Source: the human T2T-CHM13v2.0 reference genome, Homo sapiens
Direction: 5' to 3' (one strand)
NCBI RefSeq assembly: GCF_009914755.1
Contig: NC_060941.1
Length of the DNA stretch: 64,000 bases
Shown here: positions 14,460 through 30,429 of the stretch, one piece after another
How the letters are laid out: every line of letters starts with the position of its first letter
How positions within the stretch are numbered: position 1 is the stretch's first letter
Translations under genes and position numbers: made by a program
Notes under the pieces: generated by a model
What the model saw: only the letters and a program-made list of their open reading frames with translations
What the model was told of the DNA's origin: nothing
The model's database searches: none

Positions 14460-14670
14460 AGTTGCTAACATTTATATATCCTAGATGCCAGGTATATGAT
14501 ATGGATTATCTCCTTTAATACTCAACAGTAAGCCCCTGATTCTTACAGATAAGAACAAACTGAGGTTTAGAGAAGTTAAGTAACTTGCTGAAGGTCACGC
14601 AGTGACTAAGTGTTAACACAGGGATTCAGTCCCAGAAAATGGCCTGAGGACCTGTACTTCTTACCCACAA
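14460..14670 (-). mobile_element. MIR
   Basis: 'ttacagataagaacaaactgaggtttagagaagttaagtaacttgctgaaggtcac'. Confidence 0.85.
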
Positions 14671-15073
14671 AATCTACTGACAGGGAATTTTGGGGACACT
14701 TGTTGGGGGCATTTCTTTATGTGTAATTGCCTGGGGTTTTCACCACCACACCCATAGTAACCCATCCATCCTGGAGCAACCCAGAGAAATTGCCAGTAAA
14801 TCTGATCTTTTCCTCCAAGCTCTGAAAGGAAGAAAATGAGACAGTCTCACAGACCTTTGGCTCAGTGGGTAAACTGATATATGCACCCTTCATTTTTCTT
14901 ATGAGTCATTGCAGATCACAAGTACATTCAGGAACCACATGTCTCAGGTGACAAAGAAAAAGTGGAAGATCTTTCTCCATACCTGCAGTAATATCATGGG
15001 GTACAACAGGCTGCATCAAGAGCAAAAACTGTACTCTTCCTCTGCCCAGAGACAGGCAATTCTAACTTTCTCC

Positions 15074-15253
15074 TCTTCTTGTTGTTCCTGTTCTTGTTCT
15101 TGTTCTTGTTCTCGTTCTTGTTCTTCTTGTTCTTGTTCTTGTTCTCATTCTTGTTCTCCTCCTCCTCCTCTTCTTCTTCTTCTTCCTCCTCCTCCTCCTC
15201 TTCTTCTTCTCTTCTTCTTCTTCCTCTTCTTCCTTCTCTCTCTCTCTCTCTCT
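15074..15253. repeat. Compound pyrimidine microsatellite (TTCTTG)n-(CCT/CTT)n-(CT)n
   Basis: Read directly from the sequence. Confidence 0.95.
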
Positions 15254-15619
15254 CCACCATGGGATTAAGTTCTAGCCACCCCTAATGGTAACAAGCTCTT
15301 TTGATTCCTTGGTACTTAATCATATCTCACATACAGTAGGTACTTAACAATATTTAATATCCAATATTTCTTGGATATAAAATGAAAGAATTCAATCTGA
15401 GAGGCTCCTGCCAACTGGATCAACAAGCTACCTCCAGTCCAGAGAGGATAAATAATTTGCTCAAAGCTATGGAGCAAGTCACTCTAAGAGCTCAAGGTTG
15501 AATCCAGCTCTCCTGGGTCTTTGCACTACCATGCACTGCCTCATGCCAGGTATAGCTAGGAGACTGACATGAGACATCGCAGCTTCCAAGTCTATTGATG
15601 AGTCAGGGCATAAAACAAC

Positions 15620-15918
15620 CCAAACCCCTCTTCAGTCTTCAGGATGCAGCTCAGCAGCTCCTGCACTAGGAATCCCCCTCTGGCCACCCCAGCAGGTCGG
15701 TCACTCCTTCTTGATGTCCCCATCATTACGACATGGATCTCCATCACAGCGGGTACTACAGGACATTACATCTTCTTGCTCATCTGCCTCACCTTCTGAA
15801 CTTTGAGTTCCTTAATGGCAAGGAACCACATGTTTTGAGGTTTTCCCTTCTTATTTATCTTCATCATTTAGCACAGGGCCTGGCACTGAGTAGGTGCAGA
15901 GTGTTTGTAGAATGAATT
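15620..15918 (+). mobile_element. L2 3' fragment
   Basis: 'tttgagttccttaatggcaagga...agcacagggcctggcactgagtaggtgc...gaatgaat'. Confidence 0.75.
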
Positions 15919-16104
15919 ACTATGTAATTATGGAGCTAGATTGTGCAGTATAATTTATACATGCTATAAGAATTACAGGAATCTTGGTGCCCTTATGAAC
16001 TAATCTTTACTTCTGAAACCATCAAGAAATCATCCCTTTAACATTTAATTGCAGAGAATCTTTAAAGTTGCTGCAAAAAAGGCATCAAGGAAACCAAAAA
16101 ATAA

Positions 16105-16340
16105 TATTTGCTAACATTTATTGAATGTCTACTGCATACTAGGTATCTTTCATGCATTATCTCATTTAATGTTTACATCAGTCCTTTGAGGAAAACATTA
16201 TTATCAGCCTCAACTTATGACTAAAGGAATCAGGACTTCCAGAGATAAAAGTGTATTGCCCAAGCTCATTCAGCAACAAAAGATGATGTTGGGGTATGAA
16301 TCCAGATAACCTGACCTTGGAGTTGGTGCTCTCAACACTC
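16105..16340 (-). mobile_element. MIR
   Basis: 'gctaacatttattgaatgtctact...atgcattatctcatttaat...ttgcccaagctca'. Confidence 0.8.
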
Positions 16341-18549
16341 CTAATCCCTATCTATCCTTGAGAAATTTATAATTAGATGCAGCAAATAAAATGCAAATGT
16401 GTGAAAGTTCTTGCTTATCTGTTATCTGTCACATTCTCTGGTCTGTGGGTTTGTACAGGTGAGAGACCACATCTTTCTCAACTTTGTTTCCTTCACACTC
16501 AGCATTGTGGCTAGTATACCGTAGATGTTGAATAAATATTAGAAGACTATGTGGTTGAATCCCTGTCCCCTAAGGAGAGACAAATTAAGTCAGACAAAGT
16601 GAGGGCTGCTCATGATGACTTGCAGCCAGCATGTCAATCAGTAAAGGCTCTGATGAGATGTGTATATGCTGGGGGGATGGTTTGGGTTACCAGAACCTCC
16701 ACAATATGCTGCCCTCACTAACCACAGCCAGAAGGTTTCCAAGCAAAACACAGATAGTGCCCACCTCATCTGTGTCAACTTCCCTGTTTAATTCATGCTT
16801 ATCTCTTTAAACCCCTTCCCTTTGCAGAAGAGAAACAGATTCAAAGGCATGAGATGACTTGATCAAAGTCAGGGAGACAGAGGCAGAACTTGAGCACAGA
16901 ACTCTTCACCCCCAGTCCTCTGCTCCTCATCTCCTCTGTAGTTATGCATGCAATTTTTACAGATGCATGCACTGTTTATTCATTCCTTTCTTCCCATGTT
17001 CACTCATTCATCAGAAGCCCAAGACTGGACCAATTGTAGACCTTAGAGGTGGAAGTCAGGGCAGTTCAGGTCTTTATGTTGACAATCTCAACTGGGGTAA
17101 TAGAGAAACACTTATGCTGTTCTTGTCCAAAGATAGCTATGAATCAGCCTTTCTAGCTAGTCTGGCACCCAGTGGTTTATGTCCTGGTGCTGCCACAGGG
17201 TGGCTTTCTGGATTTGGTTAGCAGAGAAGAACCTCTCTTCTAAGAGTCTTCAGAGAAAGCGACCAAGTTTGTCCTATCCAAGTATTTGGGATAGTATAGT
17301 ATAGGTCTGGTTGCTGCATGCAATTTTCCAAGCAGGACACCTCTCCATGCTTGAACTCTGGATAAGACAATTCCAGAGCCCCTTCAGGGCTACCGCTAGG
17401 GCTGTCTCAAACTGGATCACTCCCTTGTTTAGGACCCCACTGTAGCTAGTGCATAAGCATTCTTAGGCTTACACATTGCAACTTAGCAGGGTACTTGTCA
17501 GTTCTCCCCAGATAGCTCTCTCCTTACTTTACCGTTGAGTATAAATTCTTTAGGGTCAGGTACCAATTTTAATCATCTTTATGTTCCTAGCACATAGCAC
17601 AGTGCCAGCATCACAGGTGCTCAATAAATGATCAATAAATTAAATTACAATTACTCAGCTAAATAAGAGCCAAGACAGTAGAAAGTACTTTCTTCGCATA
17701 TGAAGAGGCAAGGACTTATTGAATCTGGCACCTCAAAGGGTATCGGGACCTAAAAGTGAACAGGGACTACACAGTTAAGTCTAAGAGGGGGAAGTCAAAC
17801 AAGTGAATGGACAAATACACATCACAGAACAAGGGTATCTAGCCCAACTGGGGAGGTGGAAACATGGATTGAAGCATTTATTCTACCTTTAGAAGTTATT
17901 GCACCTCTGCTTTTCACTAGTCACAGAACAGGTCACTCTGACTCATCTATTCTCTCCCTCCTCCTCAACCTGATCAATAGCATCCAGTTGCAGGTAGACC
18001 ACCTAGGTGTGGAGGTGAAGCCAGGAAATGCAGCTCCTCCTCATCCAATGAAACAGGCCCAGTCAATAACCAGCATAAGATCTAACAGCCGGGAATATTT
18101 GTTTGTACAATCAGTCTGGGGCTCAAACCCACAAGTGTAACTGGGAAAATGCCCTAGCCTAGTAGTCTGCCCATCCCCAGGACAGATGCCTAAGGATGGG
18201 TAGTCTGTGTTTTGCACAAAGATACCTAGTGGCAAGGTTAAGCAGGGGTAGAAATCCAACCTGCGTTTTAATTGACAAGCCATGTGCCTGACTCAAGGCT
18301 GTGTCAGCTCAAGAAAGGCACTATCAGCCTGGCCAAGCTCTGCCCTTATTTCCAGAGGGGGCACGTTGTACTTAAGGATACCCCGTAGGCTGGCAGAGGC
18401 CCTGTCTGTGTCACAGCAAAGCAGCTGGTTGGCTGGGGGTGGGATAGAAGGCAACAGCATAAACCAGACAACGGCACCTTCCCAAGCTGGAGAGCTTGGT
18501 AGGAGGCCTGGGTGAAGCACCCATGCCAAAGGAACTGAGCTGCAGTGTT

Positions 18550-19740
18550 CAAAACCCGACTGAGCTGCACTGTGTGCGCACTGAGGGCAGCGCAGGGGGG
18601 AATTCAACTCCACCTCAGATATTTCTTATCACGCACACCTCACGGTTAGCTCTGAGCTAAAAACACCGCCTCTAGCCTGGGACAAACCTGAACCTGACCC
18701 ACACCACCACACCCCCCACCCCCCAAGCCTCTGGCTACCTTCTCCTTTCTAAAAAAATAACCCCCCAGGAAGCGCTCCACGTGCTGCTGGTGCGAGCGCC
18801 GGCGCGGCGCACTAAATCATCGCTGGCGTCCACATTTCAAAGCGGAGCCGGAGGAGTGCCGGTGATTTCTGGGTGCCACACCGATCACTCCCAAGCTCTG
18901 ATCTATGGATTGTTTTGATTTCCTCCTTTGAACTCTTCCTATCCCGCTCCAGCGGCAGACAGAGATACTGAATTAAGCGACAGACAAGTTGGAGACAATG
19001 AGCGCCGGGGGCCCCCTCCCTCCCCCGGCTCCCCTCCCCTCTCCTCCCCGAAATTTGCAGACATCTGCTAGCTGGAGCCCAGCGTTGGAGTCATAAAGAA
19101 GAGCTGGCAGGAGAGTGATGTACAGCCCTGGGCCCTCCCGAGTGACTGGCGTTAACCTCCAACGGAGAGACGCTCACCCCGTTTACGACGGAGCCCTTTG
19201 TTTTACACCACTCAGCAGAGGTGCCTTGGCCATACTGAAGATTTAACCAAATTATAATGAATGATCCTCAGCAGCGCTGTGCCCCTAATTAGAACAAGTC
19301 GCACAGACATATTGTCTCCCTGATTTCCTCTGTTCCATTTCTCGCACTCTCTTTCTCTGCTCAGGACACATGGGCCCCATTAAACATTCTAGTATTTAAT
19401 GTGGTTCCTTTAAATTACTTCTCAAGTTTTCGAGTTCCATTTAGAATTGGATTTTACTCTTTGGACTGTGTTTTTGATTTGGGGCTTTGTACGTTTCGTA
19501 ACCGCTCTTTTTCTCCACCTAGTGGAGATTTTGGACACCACTTAGTAATACACGCGGCTGCAGGACAGGCAGCCAAGCCTCTGCGGATTGGAAGGTGGTC
19601 CACTGGGACCCTCCATTCACTGGAGACTTCTTTTGCACTTCTCCTGGAGGAGAAAGAAGAACTTGATGCAAACATAGGCTGACATTGTCGATTTTATGAC
19701 CCTCGGTCTGATCACCTCATCCCCATCACAATTAAAGGGG
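18550..19740. promoter_or_regulatory. Repeat-free CpG-enriched element, candidate developmental enhancer or promoter
   Basis: CpG cluster 18770-19200 ('gcgagcgccggcgcggcgc'); E-box CACGTG 18778; PBX-HOX-like TAAATCAT 18813; TCF/LEF TTTCAAAG 18835 and CCTTTGAA 18925; CDX/posterior-HOX GTCATAAA 19090 and TTTTATGAC 19692. Confidence 0.6.
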
Positions 19741-20859
19741 TGAGGACTTTCTAGGTGTATCATAATTTATACTTTTGCTATAAGAGGGAAAAACACTTTC
19801 CTTGGCCCATCCTGGAGGTCAGTGTAAAAAGAATATATATTTGAATTCACTTAAGATGATCATGGCCTCAACTCTGTAGAATCCATGTTCTGGAGAAAAG
19901 GAGTTTTCGCCTTTAACAAAGCAGATATGAAGACTTACACTTTTTACAGAGGTTGGCAACAAAGACAAATCAAAAGCATGCATCAGGCAGCCCAGTAAGC
20001 TGAAATTCTGTCTTTCTTGGTAACTTGTATGTATAAATTTTACCCTATGTGTCTGGATTTAGAAGCACTACATACACACACCCACACCCAGATAGGGATC
20101 TAGAGGGAGAGCACTGAAGAGATTCCAGGGGAAGATAGCATCAACCACAGCCGCTGGCTGGGTCTGTGTGAAGACGGATTCCACACCCTTCCTGGGTTCA
20201 TAAGCAGCAACTAAGAGTTCCTTAGATTAGGAATATTCTGGGGGAAGCCTCTGAGTTGGAAGGGTTTTTTAGATACTCTGGTTCCCCCTACCCCCGCCAC
20301 CCTATGCCAGGAAGCTCTCTAATACATGCCGGCAGATGTCCACGTGGTCTCTGAAGACAAGACACCTCAACCCCCCAAGACAGCCTGGGGCATCTGAGAG
20401 TTGCTCCAAGGCATGCAGTGGAGCCAGAAAGGCAGAAACCCTGAGAATCCATTTGTGCAATCTTGGGGAAGGCATTCAATGTCTGTGATATCTCACTCAT
20501 TCAACAAGTATTTACCAGGTCATGGTCTAGGTGCTGAAGATACAGCAGGATGCAATTTCTTGATCGTTCCAATTACCTGGATCCATAGCATGGAAATAAT
20601 AGCTCACCTTACAAATGGGCTCCTGCTTTTGACACTTGTAAGTGGTATACAACTGACACTATTTCTCTTGATTATAATGATCAGAAAGGTTGTCTTTATT
20701 TATAGGAAGGTGTATTCCCTATATCTTGCACCCTTTGGTTTTAGTTCTACCTCAGCTTCTTCCTCAATGGCATGCATCTCTCTCACAAATCCTGTTTGCA
20801 TTTCCAGGCAGAATGTTCTCTGATCCTTCAGCCTCTCCTCACACCACATAATTTCTTGA

Positions 20860-21430
20860 ACTTTCTTCATCTTAAGCAGTCTATCTCTGAGCACACTCTG
20901 ATTCATCAATGCCATTCCCAAAATCTGATGCCCCAAATTGAATATGATACTCCAGATATCATCTGACTAAAAATATAATGAGAACACTCCTTCCCATGAG
21001 TACAGAAGATTTCTCTGAATACTTCTGTCTCTTGTTGCATTGGATTGTTAGCAATCATATCACACTCTTGGCTTATTCTGAGCTGGTGGTCATTGAAAAG
21101 CCTCAGATATTTTTCACGTGATTTCCTGCCAAGGCGATGAGCCCTCCTCTGGTTTTTTTGTCGCTTGTTTTTTGCATGTAAATGCCAGACTTTCCATTCA
21201 GGCCTGTTCAGTTGTGTCTTATTGTTTTTGACCCAACATTCCAACCTGTCAGGACCACTCTGGGCCCTCATTCTGTCACCTCTGGTATTAACTCTCCCTC
21301 TCAGATGTGTGACACCTACACCTTTGATCAGTTTGCCTCCTGAATTTTCATCTAATGATAAATCAGACAGGATCAAGGTTAGAGCTGCTGGCACTTTGTA
21401 AGAAACCTCCTTGAAGGTTGATATCCATTG
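20860..21430 (-). mobile_element. L3/CR1 LINE reverse-transcriptase remnant
   Basis: ORF 20906-21394(-) reads 'GKLIKGVGVTHLRGRVNTRGDRMRAQSGPDRLECWVKNNKTQLNRPEWKVWHLHAKN...EKYLRLFNDHQLRISQEC', matching the CR1 RT pattern LIKFADDTKLGG...IQ.DLDRLE.W...FN..KCKVLHLG...EKDLGVLVD..L.MSQQC. Confidence 0.88.
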
Positions 21431-22429
21431 TCATGAGTTGGACCCATGCACCTTCAAGAAGCGAGGAGCAGGAACCTGGAGCAGGACTCTATGCACACCC
21501 ACTCCTATGACTTCCTTTGACTTCCCTCTGATCCCGCCTTCCTCTTCCTCCCTCCTGAAATCCATGTCTTTGTCTGCATCCTCCTCTCTAGGTCTTCTCC
21601 ATGATCTTTCTCACTTCTACCCCCATCCTGTGTCCACCTGATCCACGCTGCTTAACCCTTGGTCCCTGGGTGACAGGTCTGGGGTTTGCTGGCACTAGTC
21701 CTGCCCATTTCTAGACTATTTCACCCAGAGTGTCAGACTTTCGCTCCCAGCCAAGCCCTTGGCCCAGGCCAATGTGTGACTTCTCTCCCTACCACCCTGA
21801 TGGGGCTCAGCACCTGGTCTGTGACATCCATTCAATACTCAACACTCTTTGGATTCAGCTGTTGAGACAGCTGCAAATACACAAAACCACTGCTCTCATC
21901 CAACCCACATTTCACCATCTTAACCACAAGGAAACCATGAGAGAAACTGTTAACCCTAAGCTGAAATCAAGACCTGCAATGTTTATGGCAGACACCTGAT
22001 TCACAAACATAGTAACTTTATCAAAAAAGGAAATGAGGTTACTTTGGAATAACTTGTGCTCAATGAAGTCATGTTGCTTTCAACTGACCACTGCATTCCT
22101 TCCTAAATGCTCACTCACCATCTGCTTTTTAATGCATCCTGCTTCTCTGTTGTCACCTACCTCAAATCTACTTGTCTAAAGTTTCCAGAAACAATTTCTT
22201 TTCTTTTTATGAAAATCAGGATAATCTCTGACCAGTTCCTGATTCTGGCACCACCTTCTATTCTCCACAATTACTTAAAAGTTACTGACTGTGGCTCCCC
22301 AGCCCCACCGGAAAGTTCTTTCCACACCTCGAGATGTGAGTCATCAGGCCAGTTCCTGAGACCCAATTAAATCAGCTTCTTGCCCTCTTCCTATCTGATC
22401 TCCTCAGCTTTCTTGAGCTCTGAGCCAGC

Positions 22430-22880
22430 CAAGACACCTTGGGCTGCAAAGAGCAGAAACCCTAGGCTCAACTGGCTTAAAGTATAAGGAAAATTGGTTG
22501 TCTCATGAAATGAGAGGGGCTAGGAAGAGGGGCTTCAAGATTGATTACTTCAGTAGGTGGATTGCATCTCCAAGTATACTTCTCTACCCTTTTGTTCCAC
22601 CATCCTCAGGTGGTCAATTGTCAGTTGAATTCCCTCATATTCTCAAAACAGTTTTTACAGCTCCACCTACGCCATGCAAATACAACAACGTCCAGCAATA
22701 AAAGGACTTCTGGTTTCATGTGTCTTCTACTTAGAAGAAAGGACACATTTTCAGAAACCCAGGCAGGCGGACAATTCCCCTATCTCTTTGGTCAGAAGTA
22801 AGTCTCATGCCCATCCTTAAGCCAATCCATGATGAGGAGAATGGAACCACAGTGATCTTCTGGGATCACTGCATCTCAGA
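22430..22880 (-). mobile_element. Old MaLR LTR (MLT1K/L-like)
   Basis: 'gctgcaaagagcagaaaccc...aactggcttaaag...tctttggtcagaagtaagtctcatgcccatccttaagccaatc'. Confidence 0.65.
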
Positions 22881-22906
22881 CATGGGGGAGGAATGTTGAC
22901 ACATTA

Positions 22907-23344
<438 letters not shown>

Positions 23345-24832
23345 TGCCTTTTAAACCGTCCACTCCTTCCTTCCATTGCCAGATGAGCATGATCCCAGCA
23401 CATGTCCAATTCTCTGAAATCATACTTGCTTCTTCATGTTACATGTCAAGTTTGCCTTGTGCAGACTCCCGAACACCTCTGTTTCACTGTTACCTTTGCT
23501 GGAGAGCCTGGCTCAGAGGTTTTGCTATGCCTCATGCATTCAGCTTATGGATCATCTCTCTATCTTGTTTACACTTTCTCTTACTTCATCACATTGACCC
23601 ACGTTTAAAGCCAAGTTCTTATCCTTATTTTCTACACGAAAATACTCACGCGAGGTATTTCTAAGCACAACAGAAAAACAACTACATATGAACGTGAAGC
23701 ATCTTCATTTCAAAAGTCCTTCATCTACCCTGCCATAATGTTGTACTGTCCTCTGTCTACCTTCTGCTCTCATCCCCACTCTCTTCCACTTGCTGCAAAT
23801 TCCTGTTTTTTATTAACATACAGAGGTTTTAGCTGATTCTTTTTTTCCCTTGAAGCATGCTAGATTATTTCTACTGCACCCTACCTTCAATTGCAAACTG
23901 CTTATCGAGGGATTTTCCTGATCAAAACAGTTCCTTTCTTAAGAGGACTTCTGGTTCAAGACGTCAGAAAGTTTTCATTCATTCATATCATTCATACCTT
24001 TTATCTTAGCTTTTTTTTCTTCCTCAGTTTAAAGAGTTTTGATCAGATAGGCAAGTTTCCTCTCATATATGTTGTTGTTTTTATAACAGGCACTCTTGTT
24101 ACCATAAGCATGGTCCCAGATACCAAACGCTATTTTATTTCATTTTTTTGTAAAGGTCTCTGTTTCTTTGCAATTGAAAGCACCAATTTCAGGAGAGAAA
24201 AGAAGAGAGAAATAGAGATGAATATGCCTTCAAGTTGTCCTGTTTTTTAATCTACAGTATTAAAACATCCAAATAGTCATGGTCGTGTAGACCTCTGCTC
24301 ACTGCACCAGTGACTTCAGGGAACTCACCAAAAGCAGGTAGCGACTGGTAGGTCTTCAAGATGACTCTTGGCAGGTTATTCAACATGCCTGGTGCACACA
24401 TTAAAGACAGAATACTTTCCAGTGAAGTTGCTGCAGCTCTACCCACAGAAAATTCCACATTGCCTCTCAGGAGGAGAGTGCTCATTCCCGTAATACATCT
24501 GTCCCTCCCTGGAGCGAGGGGGCTCCTTCCACTAGCTTATGCCTGTTAGCATGATGGTGGGTGAGTCTTGAGTTGAGATTTCTTCAAAACATCTAGAACT
24601 ACCCTCTTTAATACTATACCCTGGTGTAACAGGCCCGGGTAGAGAGGCAGTCTGAGGCCAGACTGAGGGTGTAATCAGATTTCACCATGGTACAGGGAAA
24701 AATTATGTCAAGATCCAAAAAATGGCACCAGAAGTGGGCCACTAGGTCAGTAATGATTGTATTCATTCACAGAGGGTACCCAGGGTCATTCCAGAAGGGG
24801 GTCATTGGACTAGGAAATAAATCAGGAATCTT

Positions 24833-25165
24833 GGCCAGGTGCAATGACTCACACCTGTAATCCCAACACTTCGGGAGTCCAAGGCAGAAGGATGGCTTGA
24901 GCCCAGGAGTTCAAGACCAGCCTGAGCAACATAATGAGACCCTGTCTCTACAACAAATTTTTAAAAATTAGCCAGGTGTTGTGGCACACACCTGTGGCCC
25001 AAGCTACTTGGACCTGAGGCTGAGATGGAGCATTGCTTGAGCCCAGGAGGTCGAGGCTGCAATGAGCTATGATCACACCACTGCACTCCAGCCCAGGCAA
25101 CAGAGCAAGACCCTGTCTCAAAAAAAAAAAAAAAGAAAAAAAGAAGAAGAAGAAAAGAAAAGAAA
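24833..25165 (+). mobile_element. AluJ
   Basis: Full length; TSD aaatcaggaatctt/aaatcagaaatctt. Confidence 0.95.
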
Positions 25166-25925
25166 AAATCAGAAATCTTAAGTTCGAAGCAGAAGGCCAC
25201 AAAAGGAATGAGGACCCAAGGATTGATACAAATGCAGGAAGTCACTATACCTATTGAGAAGTCCAGATTATTTTATCACACCTTTTGTTTGCTGCCAGAG
25301 TGGATTCTAGTTGACCACCTGGAGACATCATGGCTTCTCTACCCAAGAAATGTACCCCAAAGCCCCCTTTCAACTGAGGGACTGTGTGCCTACACAGTGC
25401 ATGTTTAGGGCGGATTCTGCTTCTTTTTCTCCCCTAGGTCACATTCTTATACTATCCTGATTCTTGACCTTTTTAACAAAGTCCCAGCTGGTGCCTAAGT
25501 TGTGTCTGTAGCTAGGACTCAAACATGCATCCAGGATGCTCTAGAGTCCTACCTGGAGTTTACTTATTCACATCCAAAGCTGAGGGGGACTCCTAAGAAA
25601 TAACTCACCCAACAAGAACAGGAAGTTGGACAGAGGAGCAGGACCTAAACAAATCCTTATGCTCGGAGGAAGTGTGGCTCTGACTGTAGAATAGCATCTG
25701 CCTCTTGGATTTGTCTCCTTGCCAGCCTCCCTCATAGGCTCATGCCTAGATCCTAGGAAATGATAGGCTTTGAATAAAAAATTTAAAAAAAAATGTTGCT
25801 GAAATTCTGCATGAAAGCAGGGCTCTTGTCACAAAGCATAAAAAAATCAATCTCCCTCTCCTTCCCCTTGTAATCCAGCTCACAACAGTATTTTCCATAC
25901 CCAGAAAGATGAATCAATGGAGGTC

Positions 25926-26428
25926 AATGGTAGGCAGCCTCAAGATAGATCCCAGTGATCCCCCATCTCCTGATAATCACACTTTTGAGTAGTCCCCTCT
26001 CACACTGTATCAGGGTTAGTCTGTGTGACCAATGGGACATAGCAGAAGTTATGGTTTGTCATTTCCAAAACCAAAAGGTGCTGAAGCTTCATATTTGCTC
26101 TCCCTGACCCACTCACTCTGGGTGAAGTCAGCTGCCATGTTAAAAGGACGCATTTGGAACTCTGTAAAGAAGTCCATGTGGTGAGAAACTGAGGCCTCCT
26201 GCCAGTAGCCCTTTAGGAACTGAGGCCTCTAGCCAACAGCCATGTGAATGAACCATTGTGGAAGTGGTTCCTCCAGGCCTGGCCAACATCTTGACTGCAA
26301 CCTCATGAGAGACCCTGAGTCAGAACCCTCCCACTAAGCTATTTTTGGATTCCTTGGCCCTTAACTGGTGAGATTAAAATGTGGGTTTAGGGGCAGGGGG
26401 GGCAATTTGTTATGCATCAATAGATACA
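25926..26428 (+). mobile_element. MaLR 5' LTR (MLT1F-like)
   Basis: 'tggtaggcagcctcaagat...gtgtgaccaat...aactgaggcctc...catcttgactgcaacctcatgagagaccctgag...aatttgttatgcatcaatagataca'. Confidence 0.85.
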
Positions 26429-28203
<1,775 letters not shown>

Positions 28204-28250
28204 TGGTGCTTGTTTTTAAATGTTCACAGATTGTTTGTACACCTCCCTCC

Positions 28251-28497
28251 AAGTACATAGTGGTACACAGTAGACAAGTACATAGTAGACATAGTAGTAC
28301 ATAGTAGACATAGTAGTACATAGTAGACAAGTATATAGTAGACATAGTAGAGTACATAGCAGACAAGTACATAGTAGACATAGTAGTACAAGGTAGACAA
28401 GTACATAGTAGATGCAGCAGCAAGTAGCAAGTACATAGTAGACATAGTAGCAAGTAGCAAGTACATAGTAGACATAGTAGGAAGTACATAGCAGACA
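28251..28497. repeat. Mosaic minisatellite built from AGTACATAGTAGAC / ATAGT / AAGTAGC modules
   Basis: Read directly from the sequence. Confidence 0.93.
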
Positions 28498-28529
28498 CCC
28501 TGCTGAGGGTTGTCAGCTGTCCCTACAGC

Positions 28530-29110
<581 letters not shown>

Positions 29111-29447
29111 CCATTAATACATGGCCGTGTGAAGTTACAGAAAGAACAATGGAGCCAGGTTCAGGTTCCACCATGTGAGGTTATAATGAGGATTAGATAT
29201 GATGTGCCCAGCACATACAAAGCAGTTCGTAACTGTTCACTTTCTTAGTGTCCACTCTCTCTAACAATGCTGTGGTTCATACACACAGGTTGCGCCTAAT
29301 AAACTCCTTCCATATTTCCAGGTTTTCAAACTACATGGAAACAAACAGCATAGATAATATTCTCTTCCTGGTTCCATGTATGTCTGTGCATTTCTATGCT
29401 AAATAGCACCACAAAGACACACTATAGTATAATACTGATAGAAAAGA

Positions 29448-29890
<443 letters not shown>

Positions 29891-30429
29891 GCCGAGAGGC
29901 CAACTAATCCAACACACCCCTACCCACCCATTTCACAGAGGAGAAAGTTGAGGTCCTAAAGGAGTAAAGGATGTGAGAAAGTCCCACATCTAGTGAGTGG
30001 CCATGTCAGGTCAGCCTTGACCCCTGCCTGTCAACTCCCAGGCTTGTGCTCTTTCCTTTCTAGCAGTAGAGTGCTGAACTTGCTGTTTGCCCATGCATTT
30101 GGGGTTGGGACAGGGGAATGGACATTGAGAAAGGGATTGCTTTAATTAACATAGACACAGAGGAGGCATGGGCTGGGCAGGTGATGTGGCAGGGGGGAGT
30201 TTCAGAAGGGATTTCCAGGTCACTGACTGTGCCAGGCTCCAAGTTCCAGATGCTTTTTGTCATAGGGGCCCGTCCACATGACATCCGCCACCGTGGCACA
30301 GGCTGGAGGACATGCCCTGCCTGACCAACATTTTAGGGGCTGGAAGACGAGAGGAATCTTCCTAGAGAGAGGCTGGATTCTGTTCCTAGCTGCACTGGGG
30401 ATTGACGAGGAAGCTAACTTGAAAGGTAA

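Noticed and set aside
19512-19528. Short palindrome tctccac-cta-gtggaga, a CTCF-like match
   Set aside because: Only a 7-bp stem and a weaker motif match; not distinguishable from chance.
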